A stretch of DNA of 64,000 nucleotides from Eledone cirrhosa (taxonomy: Eukaryota), in assembly GCA_964016885.1 (NCBI GenBank), contig OZ024744.1, positions 58,342,001 to 58,406,000 on the forward strand, in the 5' to 3' direction. Under the pieces are notes generated by a model that saw only the letters and a program-made list of their open reading frames with translations, ran no database searches and was not told the origin of the DNA. This document shows positions 24,501 to 39,998 of this stretch, in pieces. The first letter of the stretch is position 1, and each line of letters opens with the position of its first letter. A program made the translations under genes and the position numbers.

Positions 24501-27500
24501 GAGTGTGTAGATGTTAACTAGATATATAGACACAGGGTGTAGATGTTAACTAGATATATAGACACAGGGTGTAGACGTTAAATAGATATATAGATAAAGT
24601 CTGTAGATGTTAACTGGATATATAGACACAGTGTGTAGATGTTAAATAGATATATAGACACAGTGTGTAGATGTTAACTAGATATATAGACATAGTGTGT
24701 AGATGTTAACTATATATATAAGACACAGTGTGTATATGTTGACTGGATACATAGACACGGTGTGTAGACATTAACTCAATATATAGACACAGTGTGTAAA
24801 TATAGACTGGATATATAGACCCAGTGTGTAGATGTTATCAAGATATATTTTGACACAGTGTGTAGATGATAACAAGATATATAGACACAGTGTGTATATG
24901 TTAACTAGATATATAGACAGTGTGTAGATGTTGACTGATATATAGACCCAGTGTGTAGATGTTATCTAGATATATAGACATAATGTGTATATGTTACCTA
25001 AATATATAGAAACAGTGTGTATATATTAATTGGATATATAGACACAGTGTGTATATGTTGACTAGATATATAGACACAGTGTGTATATGTTGACTAGATA
25101 TATATAGACATAGTGTTAACTATATATATAGACACTCTGTGTATATGTTAACTAGATATATAGACAGTGTGTAGACGCTAACTGGATATATATACACAAT
25201 GGTATATGTTAACTAGATATATAGACACAGTGTGTATATATTGACTAGATATATAGTCACAGTGTGTATATATTGACTAGATATATAGACACAGTGTGTA
25301 GATGTTAACTAGCTATATAGACATAGTGTGCAGATGTTAACTAGATATATAGATACACTGTGTAGATGTTAACTGGATATATAGACACAGTGTGTAGATG
25401 TTAACTATCTATAGAGACAATGTGTATAGACATTAACTAAACATATAGACAGTGTGTAGATGTTAACTGGATATATAGACAGTGTGTAGATGTTAACTAG
25501 ATATATAGACACAGTGTGTATATTTTAACTAGATATATAGACACAGTGTGTATATGTTGACTGGATATATAGACAGTGTGTGTAGATGTTAACTAGATAT
25601 ATAGACACAGTGTACATGTGTTAAATGGATATATAGACATGGTGTGTAGACATTAACAAAATATATAGACAGTGTGTGTAGATGTTAACTAGATATATAG
25701 ACAGTGTGTAGATATTAACTAGATATATAGACAGAGTGTGTAGATGTTAACTAGACATATAGACAGTGTGTAGATGTTGACTGGATATATAGACCAGTGT
25801 GTAGATGTTATCTGGATATATATACACAGTGTGTAGATGTTAACTAGATATATAGACACAGTGTGTAGATGTTAATTAGATATCTAGACACAGTGTGTAG
25901 ATGTTAACTAGACATATAGACAGCGTGTATATGTTATTCAGATATATAGACACAGTGTGTAGATGTTAACTGGATATATAGACACATTGTGTATATGTTA
26001 ACTAGATATATAGACACAGTGTGTATATGTTATCCAGATATATAGACACAGTTTGTAGATGTTAACTAGATATATAGATACAGTGTGTAGATGTTAACTG
26101 GGTATGTACACAGTGTGTGTAGATGTTAATTAGATATATAGACACAGTGTGTATATGTTGACTCGATATATAGAGAGTGTGTGTAGATATTAACCAGATA
26201 TATAGACACGGTTTATATATGTTAACTGGATACATAGACACGATGTGTAGACATTAACTAAATATATAGACACAGTGTGTAGATGTTAACTGGATCTATA
26301 GTCAGTGTTTAGATGTTAACTAGATATATAGACACAGTGTGCAGATGTTAACTAGATATACAGACACGGTGTGTAGATGTTAACTAGATATACAGACACA
26401 GTGTGTATATGTTAACTAGATATATAGACACAGTGTGTATATGTTGACTGGATACTTAGAGAGTGTGTGTAGATATTAACCAGATAGATAGACAGAATGT
26501 ATATATGTTAACCGGATATATAGACACGGTGTGTAGACATTAACTAAATATATAGACACGGTGTGTAGACATTAACTAAATATATAGACACAGTGTGTAG
26601 ATGCTAACTGGATATATAGACAGTGTTTAGATGTTAACGAGATATATAAGACACAGTGTGTATATGTTATCCAGATATATAGACACAGTGTGTATATGTT
26701 AACTAGATATATATACACAGTGTGTAGATGTTATCCGGATATATAGGAACAGTGTGTAGATGTTAACTAGATACATAGACAGTTTGTAGATGTTAACTAG
26801 ATCTATAGACACAGTGTGTCGAAGTTAACTCGATATATAGACACAGTGTGTATATATTAACTAGATATATAAGACCCAGTGTGTATATGTCAACTAGATA
26901 TATAGCCACAGTGTGTATATGTTATCCAGATATATAGACACAGTTTGTAGGTGTTAACTAGATATCTAAACACACAGGTATATGTTAACTAGATATATAG
27001 ACAGTGTATAGATGTTAACTAGATATATAGACACAGTGTAGATGGTAACTAGATATATAGACATTGTGTGTAGATGTTAACTAGATATATAGCCAGAGTG
27101 TGTAGCTGGTAACAAGATATATAGACACAGTGTATATATGTTAACTAGATATATAGACAGTGTGTGTTGATGTTAACTAGATATATAAACAGAGGGTATA
27201 GCTGCTAACTAGATATATAGTCACAGTGTGTAGATGTTAACTAGATATATAGACACAGTGTGTAGATGTTAACTAGATATATAGACACAGTGTAGATGTT
27301 AACTAGATATATAGACACAGTGTAGATGTTAACTAGATATATAGACACAGTGTAGATGTTAACTAGATATATAGACACAGTGTGTAGATATTCACTAGAT
27401 ATATAGACACAGTGTGTAGATGTTAACTGGATATATAGACACAGTGTGTAGATATTCACTAGATATATAGACACAGTGTGTAGATGTTAACTAGATATAT

Positions 27501-29598
27501 AGACACAGTGTAGATGTTAACTAGATATCTAGACACAGTGTGTAGATGTTAATTAGATATCTAGACACAGTGTGTAGATGTTAACTAGACATATAGACAG
27601 TGTGTATATGTTATTCAGATATATAGACACAGTGTGTAGATGTTAACTGGATATATAGACACGTTGTGTATATGTTAACTAGATATATAGACACAGTGTG
27701 TATATCTTATCCAGATATATAGACACAGTTTGTAGATGTTAATTAGATATATAGATACAGTGTGTAGATGTTAACTGGGTATGTACACAGTGTGTGTAGA
27801 TGTTAATTAGATATATAGACACAGTGTGTAGGTGTTAACTAGATATACAGACACAGTGTGTAGATGTTAACTAGATATATAGATACAGTGTGTAGGTGTT
27901 AACTAGATATATAGACACAGTGTGTATATGTTGACTGGATACTTAGAGAATGTGTGTAGATATTAACCAGATATATAGACACGGTGTATATATGTTAACT
28001 GGATATATAGACACGATGTGTAGACATTAACTAAATATATAGACAGTGTGTAGATGTTAACTGGATCTATAGACAGTGTTTAGATGTTAACTAGATATAT
28101 AGACACAGTGTGCAGATGTTAACCGGATATATGGAACCAGTGTGTAGATGTTAACTAGATATATAGACAGAGTGTATATATGTTAACCGGATATATAGAC
28201 ACGGTGTGTAGACATTAACTAAATATATAGACACAGCGTGTAGATGTTAACTGGATATATATATAGACAGTGTTTAGATGTTAACGAGATATATAAGACA
28301 CAGTGTGTATATGTTATCCAGATATATAGTCACAGTGTGTATATGTTAACTAGATATATATACACAGTGTGTAGATGTTATCCGGATATATAGAAACAGT
28401 GTGTAGATGTTAACTAGATACATAGACAGTGTGTAGATGTTAACTGGATCTATAGACACAGTGTGTAGAAGTTAACTCGATATATAGACACAGTGTGTAT
28501 ATATTAACTAGATATATAAGACCCAGTGTGTATATGTTAACTATATATATAGCCACAGTGTGTATATGTTATCCAGATATATAGACACAGTTTGTAGGTG
28601 TTAACTAGATATCTAGACACACAGGTATATGTTAACTAGATATATAGACAGTGTGTAGATGTTAACTAGATATATAGACACAGTGTGTAGATGGTAACTA
28701 GATATATAGACACAGTGTGTAGACATTAACTAGATATATAGGCAGAGTGTGTAGATGTTAACTGGATATATAGGCAGTGTTTAGATGTTAACTAGATATA
28801 TAGACACAGTGGGTAGGTGTTAAATAGATATATTGACAGTGTGTAGATGTTAACTAGATATATGGACACAGTGTGTATATGTTAACTGGATAAACAGACA
28901 GAGCGTGTAGATGTTAAATAGATATATAGACACAGTATGTATATGTTGACTAGATATATAGACACAGTGTGTATATGCTGACTGGATATACAGACTGTGT
29001 GTGTAGATATTAACTAGATATATAGACACAGTGTATATATATTAAGTGGATATATAGACACGGTGTGTAGACATTAACTAAATATATAGACAGTGTGTAG
29101 ATGTTAACTAGATATATAGACACAGTGTGTAGATGTTAACTGGATATATAGACACAGTGTGTAGATGTTAACTGGATATATAGACACAGTGTGTAGATGT
29201 TAACTGGATATATAGACACAGTGTGTAGATGTTAACTGGATATATAGACACGGTGTGTAGATGTTAACTGGATATATAGACACAGTGTGTAGATATTAGC
29301 TAGATATATAGACACAGTGTGTATATGTTAACTGGATATTTACACACAGTGTGCAGATGTTAACTGGATATATAAACCCAGTGTGTAGATGTTAACTAGA
29401 TATATAGACACAGTTTGTTGATGTTAACTAGATATATAGACCCAGTGTATAGACATTAACTAAATATATAGACAGTGTGTAGATGTTAACTAGATATATA
29501 GACAGTGTGTATAGACATTAACCAGATATATAGATACAATGTGTAGATGTTAACTGGATATATAGACAGTGTGTAGATGTTGACTATATATATAGATA

Positions 29599-32500
29599 TG
29601 TTTCTTTTATTTGCCACCAGGGCATCAAAAGTGGGACAAGTACAATGGGGGGAGTTTACAAAACAAGGCGTCCTCAATAAGGAGGAGGCAATAACAAAAT
29701 ATAAAAATAAAATAAAATAACAGAATAAAATTTATAACAAAATCCTCAATAGAGAGGAGGCGCCTTGGGGGGGTCGCGCCCCCCCCCCCCCCCGAAAAAA
29801 AGTGTGCAAGCCTTTTCCTCAGGATCACAGAGAAGGGGTGCTCCCTTGGTCTTTCATCTTCCTCACCTATAGTCTGATGTAGAGTGAAGGCCTATTCACA
29901 CGGGCCATTCTCGCCACTTTCACCCATCTTTCATAAAAGCGGCTGGCGTGCAGCACCTCTCTCTCCATCCTAATCCTTCTTCCGAAATGATATCGGAAGA
30001 AACGGACCAGTTGTTGGCCAGAGAGAAAGGTGTCTGACCTCAGTCCTTTCATACGCGTCCACCATACAACCTCTTTCGCCATGGCTATTACGCACAGAAA
30101 CACCGCCTCTTCTTCGTTTTTGAAGAGGGGAGGCGGCTTGATCGTTACAATAGACTCGGTGGTCAACCGGATCGGTCCCACCCTTGACAGCAGTTGTTCG
30201 ACATATCCCCACAGATCGGCAATGCCCGAGCAGTGTACCAATGCGTGTGCAACGGTTTCCTCGTCGCACACGCATCTGGGACAGATCTTTTTCGAGGGGT
30301 CCCTACCCGGGCGCCTGTGTCTGTAGAGCCTTTCTCGAACGGGCAGAGCCCTTCTGTAGCATTGCCAGGCCAGGGACCTCTGGAAGTTATCCATGGGTCC
30401 CGGGCTGAATGTCCTACCGAACAGGTTGGCCAGTTCGTCTTCCTCCATGCCTAGGGCTTCTCCGGGGGCGTCGTCGCACCTGCTAACCACCAGCCCTCTA
30501 TAGAATGACGAGGTGGATTCTCCACTGACGGCCGGGTTCGCCTGCCAGAGAGCCGTGAGCGCCTGGGCACACTCGGTGTGCCAGGCGCCCAGTTTTCTCG
30601 GTCTTTGCTTGACCCAGGATTGCAGCTCGGTGAGTGAGACGAGTCTGGGAAAGGCTCGCCTCACAAACGGGGCCCACACCGGTTGACCGGAGAGGAATAC
30701 CTGAAGGTGCTGTAGCCTTAATGTGTGTTTACGTATCATTAGCCACGGCATCCCCAGCCCTCCTTTCGAAGGGTGTTGACAGCAGATGGATCTCCTCACC
30801 ATAGGAGCCCGCTTCTTCCAAAGGAATTGGAAGAGTGCGCGCTCCATTTTGGCGAGCGTTTCCCTTGAGCAAGGCACAACGGTCAGGCGGTAGTAGATGA
30901 CGGACGCTATATAAGTGTTCGCCACCTCCGCCCGACCTTTCAGCGACAGTTTGCACTCGGCCCACTTCTGGGTCAGTGCAAACACCCTGTTCGTTACCTC
31001 CCCCCAGTTCTTCTCCACCTGGAGGTCTGGTCCGAACCAGACCCCGAGCAACTTCACCGGGCCCTCCGTCCAGCGCCCGACGACGCCATCGGAGGGCATC
31101 GATCTGCCCCTCCACGTGCCGAGTTGCAGACCGATCGACTTGTCCCGGTTCAGCTTAGCCCCTGTAAACCTTTCGTACTCCTCCAGTAAGGTGCCGATCG
31201 CCCCGATTTCCGAGGCCGTCGACACCATTACTGTTACGTCATCGGCGTAGGCTGACACCGCTTTCCGCAATCCCGGTTCCAACGGGATACCCTGCAACAA
31301 CTCCAACTTCCGCAGCAGTGGCTCTAGAATCATTACATACAGAAGGGAGGAGAGAGGGCACCCCTGTCGGATGGATCGCGCGATTTCGAACGGCTCCGAG
31401 AGGTAGCCGTTCACCTTGACCCTAGAGCAGATGCGGCTGCTGTGCATGGCATTGATCCAGCCCCTGAAAACGGGTCCGAAGCCTGCCGTCGCTAGCACCG
31501 CATCCAGGTAACCATGGTCGACCCTATCGAATGCCTTAGATTGATCCAAGTTGATCAGGGCCCCACCAAAGCCGGGTTCGTTCCCAACCCTCTCTATGAT
31601 GTATCGCATGAGGTGGAGGTTGTCGTGGATGGACCTGGACGGGATAGCACATGTCTGCGCATCTCCCACCAGGTTACCCACGACAAGCGCCAACCACTTT
31701 GCTAGCACCTTGGCCAAAATCTGTAACTCTGTATTTAGCAGAGTTATGGGCCTGAAATTATTTATATCGTCCTCCTTGTTCTCGTCCTTCCTCACTAGCG
31801 TGACTACGCCCTTGGTCACAGCACAGGGAATTCTGTTGCCAGTTGCAGTAGACCGCCTCGAGGATATCGGGGAACAAGTCCGGCATAGCTAGATATAGTT
31901 CGTATGGAAGCCCATCGAGACCCGGGGATTTGCGTTTGCCGCATTGGCTCAGCACGTCCTCTATCTCAGCGGCTGAAATCGGCTCCTCGCAGGACTTCGC
32001 CTCCCTGTCCGAGAGACGCGGCAGGCCGTCGAGGTATGGACCGAAGTCCACATCCCCAACCGGCTCCCCGCCCCTTCTGAACAATCCGGCAAAGTGCTTT
32101 TGAAAAGCCTCGCACATCTGCTTAGGTTCAAGGATCACCCGTCCATCCTGGTCTCGCAAAGACCGGATAGTGGATCTGCTCCATCTTTTGGCTTCTGTCA
32201 CGCGGGCCCAACTAAAAGCTTTGGTCCCCTCGTTTCCCAGAGCACGTATTTTGCTTCGGACGATGCAGCCTTCGTGTTTCGCGTCGAAGAACTGGCCCAG
32301 GGCCGTTCTCGACGCTAGCACTCTGGTCACGTCGCCGCTTCTAATTGCCTCTTCTACACTATCTACCAAATCCCTTTCCTTCCTATTTCTATTTGAGGCT
32401 AACTCCTTACTAAATTCTATAGAGACTACTCTAATCTCTCTTTTGAGAGATCCCCACCACCTGCTGTTGACGATGGCGCCTGTCAACCGCTCCTTAACTA

Positions 32501-33340
32501 AAGTGCTAATCCGGTTCCTGTAAGCCTTACTTGCCGGTAAGGACAAGTTGAGCTTCCAGTAACCGGGTCCCTGTCTATGAGTTCTGTCAAGGTTGACCAT
32601 GCAGGTCACTAACTTGTGGTCTGAATAGCCAACCATGCGCATTTTTGGACAACTTAAAAAGTCCTTATCCTTAATTCTAACTAAGAACCTATCTAGGTAC
32701 GACCTAGATGATCCGCTACGATTTGCCCAAGTCCAGGTTGGCGCAGTCGGAAAATCTAGTCGATATCTATCGGCCAGATCAAATCGACCGATTAACCCTT
32801 TGAGGCTATTACACCACTCTCTATCGGGACAGGCCCCTACGTAGTCCCAGCGTGCATCTAGGATACCATTCCAGTCCCCCACTAATAGCAAGGAGCGGGA
32901 CGTCCCTAGAAAAGTCTCCAGACGATGGAAGAAGTCCAGCCGCATTGACCCGAAAGGGCCGTAGGCGGCTACCAACATAAACGCTCCGCCTTTACCACTG
33001 CCAAGGTCCAGAACCACTAGTCGACCCTCCGGGTCCAAATGTACCATGTGTGTTGAGAGACCCAGATGTTTTTGCAGCAGAACGACAACCCCACCCCCAA
33101 CTCCGGGCTGACAGAGAGATGCGTGCATCTCAAAGTCATCAAAGGTGGGGGCCAGCTGTCGCACGTTGCTGATCCGGGCCTCGCAAATAACCATCACATC
33201 TATACGTTGTGACATGAGGTCATTTAGAAGCATTGCTTGCTTCCAAGTTGAGCCTAGGCCACGCGCATTTAAACAGCCTACTCTTAGCATGGCCATGTTG
33301 GTGGTGAAGAGAAAAGGCACTTACCTCTCTGCGTCCCGGG
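29599..33340 (-). mobile_element. Tx1-clade LINE, ORF2 essentially complete, 5'-truncated ~45 bp upstream of the ORF2 start
   Basis: APE endonuclease + RT + zinc knuckle; TATATAGATA on both sides (29589-29598, 33341-33350) as putative TSD; GC-rich against the AT-rich satellite. Confidence 0.93.
29867..33296 (-). pseudogene. ORF2 APE endonuclease-reverse transcriptase, one frameshift near 31830
   Basis: CLNARGL, ICEAR, VGDWN, SYLDRFLV, SDHK (APE); SPGLDGLPYE; FRPITLLN, LDQSKAFDRVDH, IRQGCPLS, AYADD, KLLGVWF; CPRC..ETVAHALVHC. Confidence 0.92.
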
Positions 33341-36300
33341 TATATAGATAGTGTGTATAAATGTTAACTGGATATATAGAATCAGTGTGTATATGGTAAC
33401 TAGATATATAGACACAGTATGTAGATGTTAACTGGATATATAGACACAGTATGTAGATGTTAACTAGATATATACACACAGTGTGCAGAGGTTAACTGGA
33501 TATATACACACAGTGTGCAGAGGTTAACTGGATATATAGACACAGTGTGTAGATGTTAACTAGATATATAGACACAGTGTGTAGATGTTAACTAGATATA
33601 TAGACACAGTGTGTAGATGTTGAGTGGATAAATAGACAGTGTGTAGATGTTAACTGGATATGTAGACACAGTGTGTAGATGTTAACTAGATATATAGACA
33701 CAGTGTGTATATATTGACTAGATATATAGACACAGTGTGTAGATGTTAACTATATATATATACACAGTCGTATATGTTAACTAGATATATAGACACAGTG
33801 TGTAGATGTTGACTGGATAAATAGACAGTGTGTAGATGTTAAATGGATATGTAGACACAGTGTGTAGATGTTAACTAGATATATAGTCACAATGTGTAGA
33901 TGTTAACTAGAGATATAGACAAAGTGTATATATGTTAACTAGATATATAGACAGTGTGTAGACATTAACTGGATATATAGACACAGTTTGTAGATGTTAA
34001 CTAGACATATAGACAGTGTGTAGATGATAACTTGATATATAGACACAGTGTGAAGAGGTTAACTGGATATATAGACACAGTGTGTATATGGTAACTAGAT
34101 ATATAGACACACTATGTAGATGTTAACTAGATATATAGACAGTATGTAGATGTTAACTAGATATATAGACACAGTGTGTATATGTTAACTAGATATATAG
34201 ACACACTATGTAGATGTTAACTAGATAGATAGACAGTGTGTAGATGTTAACTAGATATATAGACACAGTGTATAGATGTTCACTGGATATATAGACAGTG
34301 TGTAGATGTTAACTAGATATATGGACACAGTGTGTATATGTTAACTAGATATATAGACACAGTGTGTATATGTTGACTGGATATATAGACGGTGTGTGAA
34401 GATGTTAACTAGATATATAGACACAGTGTATATATGTTAACTGGATATATAGAGACGGTGTTTAGACATTAACTAAATATATAGACACAATGTGTAGAAG
34501 TTAACTGGATATATAGACACAGTGTGTAGATGTTAACTAGATATATAGACACAGTGTGTATATATTGACTAGATATATAGACACAGTGTGTAGATGTTAA
34601 CTATATATATATACACAGTGGTATATGTTAACTAGTTATATGGACAGAGTGTGTAGATGTTAACTAGATATATAGACGCAGTGTGTAGATGTTAACTAGA
34701 TATATAGACGCAGTGTGTAGATGTTAACTAGATATATAGTCACAATGTGTAGATGTTAACTAGATATATAGACATAGTGTGTATATGGTAACTAGATATA
34801 TAGAAACAGTGTGTACATGTTGTCTAGATATATAGACACAGTGTGTATATGTTGAATGGATATATAGAGAGTGTGTGTAGATGTTAACTAGATATATAGA
34901 CACGGTGTATATATGTTAACTGGATATATAGACACGGTGTTTAGACATTAACTAAATATATAGACACAGTGTGTATATGTTGCCTGGATATATAGACAGT
35001 GAGTGTAGATGTTAACTAGATATATAGACACTGTTCATATGTTAAATGGATATATAGACATGGTGTGTAGACATTAACAAAATATCTAGACAGTGTGTGT
35101 AGATGTTAACTAGATATATAGACAGTGTGTAGATGTTAACTATATATATAGACAGAGTGTATAGAGGTTAAGTGGACATATGGACACAGTGTGTAGATGT
35201 TAACTAGATATATAGACACAGTGAGTAGATGTTATCTAGATATATAGACATAGTGTGTATATGTTAATTAATATATAGTCACAGTGTGTATATGTTGACT
35301 AGATAGATAGACACAGTCTGTAAAGGTTAACTACATATATAGACGCAGTGTGTAGATGTTAACTAGAGATATAGACAAAGTGTATATATGTTAACTAGAT
35401 ATATAGACAGTGTGTAGACATTAACTGGATACACAGACAGTGTGTAGATGTTAACTAGACATATAGACAGTGTGTAGATGATAACTTGATATATAGATAC
35501 AGTATGTAGATGTTAACTAGATATATAGACACAGTGTGAAGAGGTTAACTGGATATACAGACACAGTATGTAGATGTTAACTAGATATATAGACAGTGTG
35601 TAGATGTTAACTAGATATACAGACACAGTGTGTAGATGTTAAGTAGATATATAGATACAGTGTGTCGATGTTAACTGGATATATAGACACAGTGTGTATA
35701 TGTTGACTGGATATATAGACACAGTGTGTAGATGCTAACTAGATATATAAGACTCAGTGTGTAGATGCTAACTAGATATATAAGACTCAGTGTGTATATG
35801 TTAAATAGATATATAGACAGTGTGTAGATGTTAACTAGATATATAGACACAGCGTGTAGATTTTAACTTGATATATTGACGTCATGTGTATATTTTAACT
35901 AGATATATAGATACAGTGTGTCGATGTTAACTAAGTATATAGGCACAGTATCTGGACGTTAACTAAATATATCGACACTGTGTATATATGTTAACTAGAT
36001 ATATGGACAGTGTGTGTAGATGTTAACTAGATATATAAACAGAGTGTATAGCTCTTAACTAGATATATAGTCACTGTGTGTAGACATTAACTAGATATAT
36101 AGTCACAGTGTGTAGATTTTAACTAGTTATATAGACACAGTGTGTAGATGTTAACTAGATATATAGACACAGTGTGTAGATGGTAACTAGATATAGAGAC
36201 ACATGTGTAGATGTTAACTAGATATATAGATACAGTGTGGAGATGTTAACTAGATATAGAGATACAGTGTGTAGATGTAAACTGGATATATAGACACAGT

Positions 36301-39300
36301 GTGTATATATTAACTAGATATATATACAGTGTGTAGATGTTAACTAGATATACAGACACAGTGTGTAGTTGTTAACTAGATATATAGATACAGTATGTAG
36401 ATGTTAACTAGATATATAGATACAGTGTGTATATGTTGACTGGATATATAGACAGTGTGTAGATGCTAACTAGATATATAAGTCCCAGTGTGTAGATGAT
36501 AACTAGATATATAGACACTGTGTGTATATGTTAACTAGATATATAGACACAGTGTGTCGAATTTAACTAGGTATATAGGCACAGTGTGTAGACGTTAACT
36601 AAATATATAGACACAGTGTATATATGTTAACTGGATATATAGACAGTGTGTGTTGATGTTAACTAGATATATAAACAGAGTGTATAGCTGTTAACTAGAT
36701 ATATAGTCACAGTGTGTAGATGTTAACTGGATATATAGAAACAGTGTATAAATGTTAACTAGATATATAGACAGTGTGTGTTGATGTTAACTAGATATAT
36801 AAACAGAGTGTATACCTGTTAACTAGATATATAGTCACAGTGTGTAGACATTCACTAGATATATAGACACACTGTGTAGATGTTAACTAGACATATAGAC
36901 ACAGTGGGTAGATGTTAACTAGATATATAGACACAGTGTGTAGATGTTAACTAGATATATAGACAGTGTGTAGATGTTATCTAGATATATAGATACAGTG
37001 TGTAGATGTTAACTGGATATATAAACACAGTGTGTATATATTAACTAGATATATAGCCACAGTGTGTAGATTTTAACTAGATATATAGACACAGTGTGTA
37101 GATTTTAACTAGATATATAGCCACAGTGTGTAGATTTTAACTAGATATATTGACACAGTGTGTAGATGTTAACTAGATATATAGACACATGTGTAGATGT
37201 TAACTAGATATATAGATACAGTGTGTAGATGTTAACTGGATATATAGAAACAGTGTATAAATGTTAACTAGATATATAGACAGTGTGTGTTGATGTTAAC
37301 TAGATATATAAACAGAGTGTATACCTGTTAACTAGATATATAGTCACAGTGTGTAGACATTCACTAGATATATAGACACAGTGTGTAGATGTTAACTAGA
37401 CATATAGACACAGTGGGTAGATGTTAACTAGATATATAGACACAGTGTGTAGATGTTAACTAGATATATAGACAGTGTGTAGATGTTATCTAGATATATA
37501 GATACAGTGTGTAGATGTTAACTGGATATATAAACACAGTGTGTATATATTAACTAGATATATATAGCCACAGTGTGTAGATTTTAACTAGATATATAGA
37601 CACAGTGTGTAGATTTTAACTAGATATATAGCCACAGTGTGTAGATTTTAACTAGATATATTGACACAGTGTGTAGATGTTAACTAGATATATAGACACA
37701 TGTGTAGATGTTAACTTGATATATAGATACAGTGAGTAGATGTTAACTGGATATAAAGACAGTGTGTATATATTAACTAGATATATAGCCAGAGTGTGTA
37801 GATTTTAACTGGATATATACACACAGTGTGTAGATTTTAACTAGATATATAGACACAGTGTGTAGATGTTAACTAGATATATAGCCACAGTGTGTATATG
37901 TTGCCTGAATATATAGACCCAGTGTGTAGATGTTAACTAGATATATAGACACAGTGTGTAGATGTTAACTAGATATATAGACAGAGTGTGTAGATGCTAA
38001 CTAGATATATAAGACTCAGTCTGTATATGTTAAATAGATATATAGACAGTGTGTAGATGTTAACTTGATATATTGACACTGTGTGTATATTTTAACTAGA
38101 TATATAGATACAGTGTGTCGATGTTAACTAAGTATATAGGCACAGTGTCTAGACATTAACTAAATATATAGACACAGTGTATATATGTTAACTAGATATA
38201 TAGACATTGTATGTAGATGTTAACTAAATATATAAACAGAGTGTATAGCTGTTAACTAGATATATAATCACAGTGTGTAGACATTAACTAGATATATAGT
38301 CACAGTGTGTAGATTGTAACTAGTTATATAGACACAATGTGTAGATGTTAGCTAGATATATAGACACGGTGTGTAGATGTGAACTAGATATATAGACAGA
38401 GTGTGTAGATGGTAAGTAATATGGATACAGTGTGTAGATGTTAACTGGATATATAGACACAGTGTGTAGATGTTAACTAGATATATAGACACAATGTGTA
38501 GATGTTAACTAGATATATAGATACAGTGTGTAGATCTTGACTCTATATATAGACCCAGTGGGTAGATGTTAACTAAATGTATTGACACAGTGTGTAGATG
38601 ATAACTAGATATATAAGACATAGTGTGTATATGTTAACTAGATATATAGACAGTGTGTAGATGTTAACTAGATATATAGACACACTTTGTATATGTTAAC
38701 TAGAATTACAGACATTGTGTAGATGTTGACTGGATATATGGAGCCAGTGTGTAGATGTTAACTAGATGTATAGACCCAGTGTGTAGACATTAACTAGATA
38801 TATAGACAGAGTGTGTAGATTATAACTAGATATATAGACAGAGTGTGTAGATGTTAACTGGATATATAGCCACAGTGTGTAAATGTTAACTAGATATATA
38901 GACACAGTGTGCAGATTTTAACTAGATATATAGACACAGTGTGTAGATGTTAACTAGATATACAGACACAGTGTGTAGATGTTAACTAGATATACAGACA
39001 CAGTGTGTAGATGTTAACTAGATATACAGACACAGTGTGTAGATGTTAACTAGATATATAGATACAGTGTGTAGATGTTAACTGGATATATAGACACAGT
39101 GTGTAGATGTTAACTAGATATATAGAAACAGTGTGTAGATGTTAAATAGATATATAGACACACTTTGTATATGTTAACTAGAATTACAGACAATGTGTAG
39201 ATGTTGACTGGATATATAGACCCAGTGTGTAGATGTTAACTAGATGTATTGACCCAGTGTGTAGACATTAACTAGATATATAGACACAGTGTATATATGT

Positions 39301-39535
39301 TAACTAGATATATAGACACGGTGTGTAGATGTGAACTAGATATATAGACAGAGTGTGTAGATGGTAAGTAATATGGATACAGTGTGTAGATGTTAACTGG
39401 ATATATAGACACAGTGTGTAGATGTTAACTAGATATATAGACACAATGTGTAGATGTTAACTAGATATATAGATACAGTGTGTAGATGTTGACTCTATAT
39501 ATAGACCCAGTGTGTAGATGTTAACTAAATGTATT

Positions 39536-39998
39536 AATAATAATAATAATAATGAAATTATTGTGTAAAGTGCTCAGGTGCACTACAACTCGTCAATATA
39601 GTACATAGAATAATACACAAATGCTAGGGAAGTACATGTTTGTATGTGTTAGCTGTAGTGTTGGCGGATCTCGGGAAGCATGGAGGCCTTAAAGGATGCA
39701 GTGTCTCGACAGCTAACAACTGATGCAGGTAGTTTGTTCCATGCTTCAGCAACTCTGAGCGTGAAAAAATGTTTCCGAAAGTCATGGAAACTGTGCTGTT
39801 TTCTTACTTTGTGGGCATGTCCACGTGTGTTAGACACATGGAAATCGAAAAGGCACTCAGGGTTGTTGTTGGCAACATGGTTAACAATTTTGTGGGTGTT
39901 TACCAAGTCAGTTGCCAGACGTCGGAGCTTCAATGAATCCATGCCCAGGGAAGCAAGGCGCTCAGAGTATGGTAGATGCCTGATGGAGGGTATTCGCT
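39536..39998 (-). mobile_element. CR1-clade LINE 3' end with (TTA)n tail inserted in the satellite
   Basis: RRLATDLV..TRGHAHKVRK..RKHFFTLRVAEAWNKLP; TSD TATT (39532-39535, 39999-40002); empty site at ~38571-38600. Confidence 0.9.
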
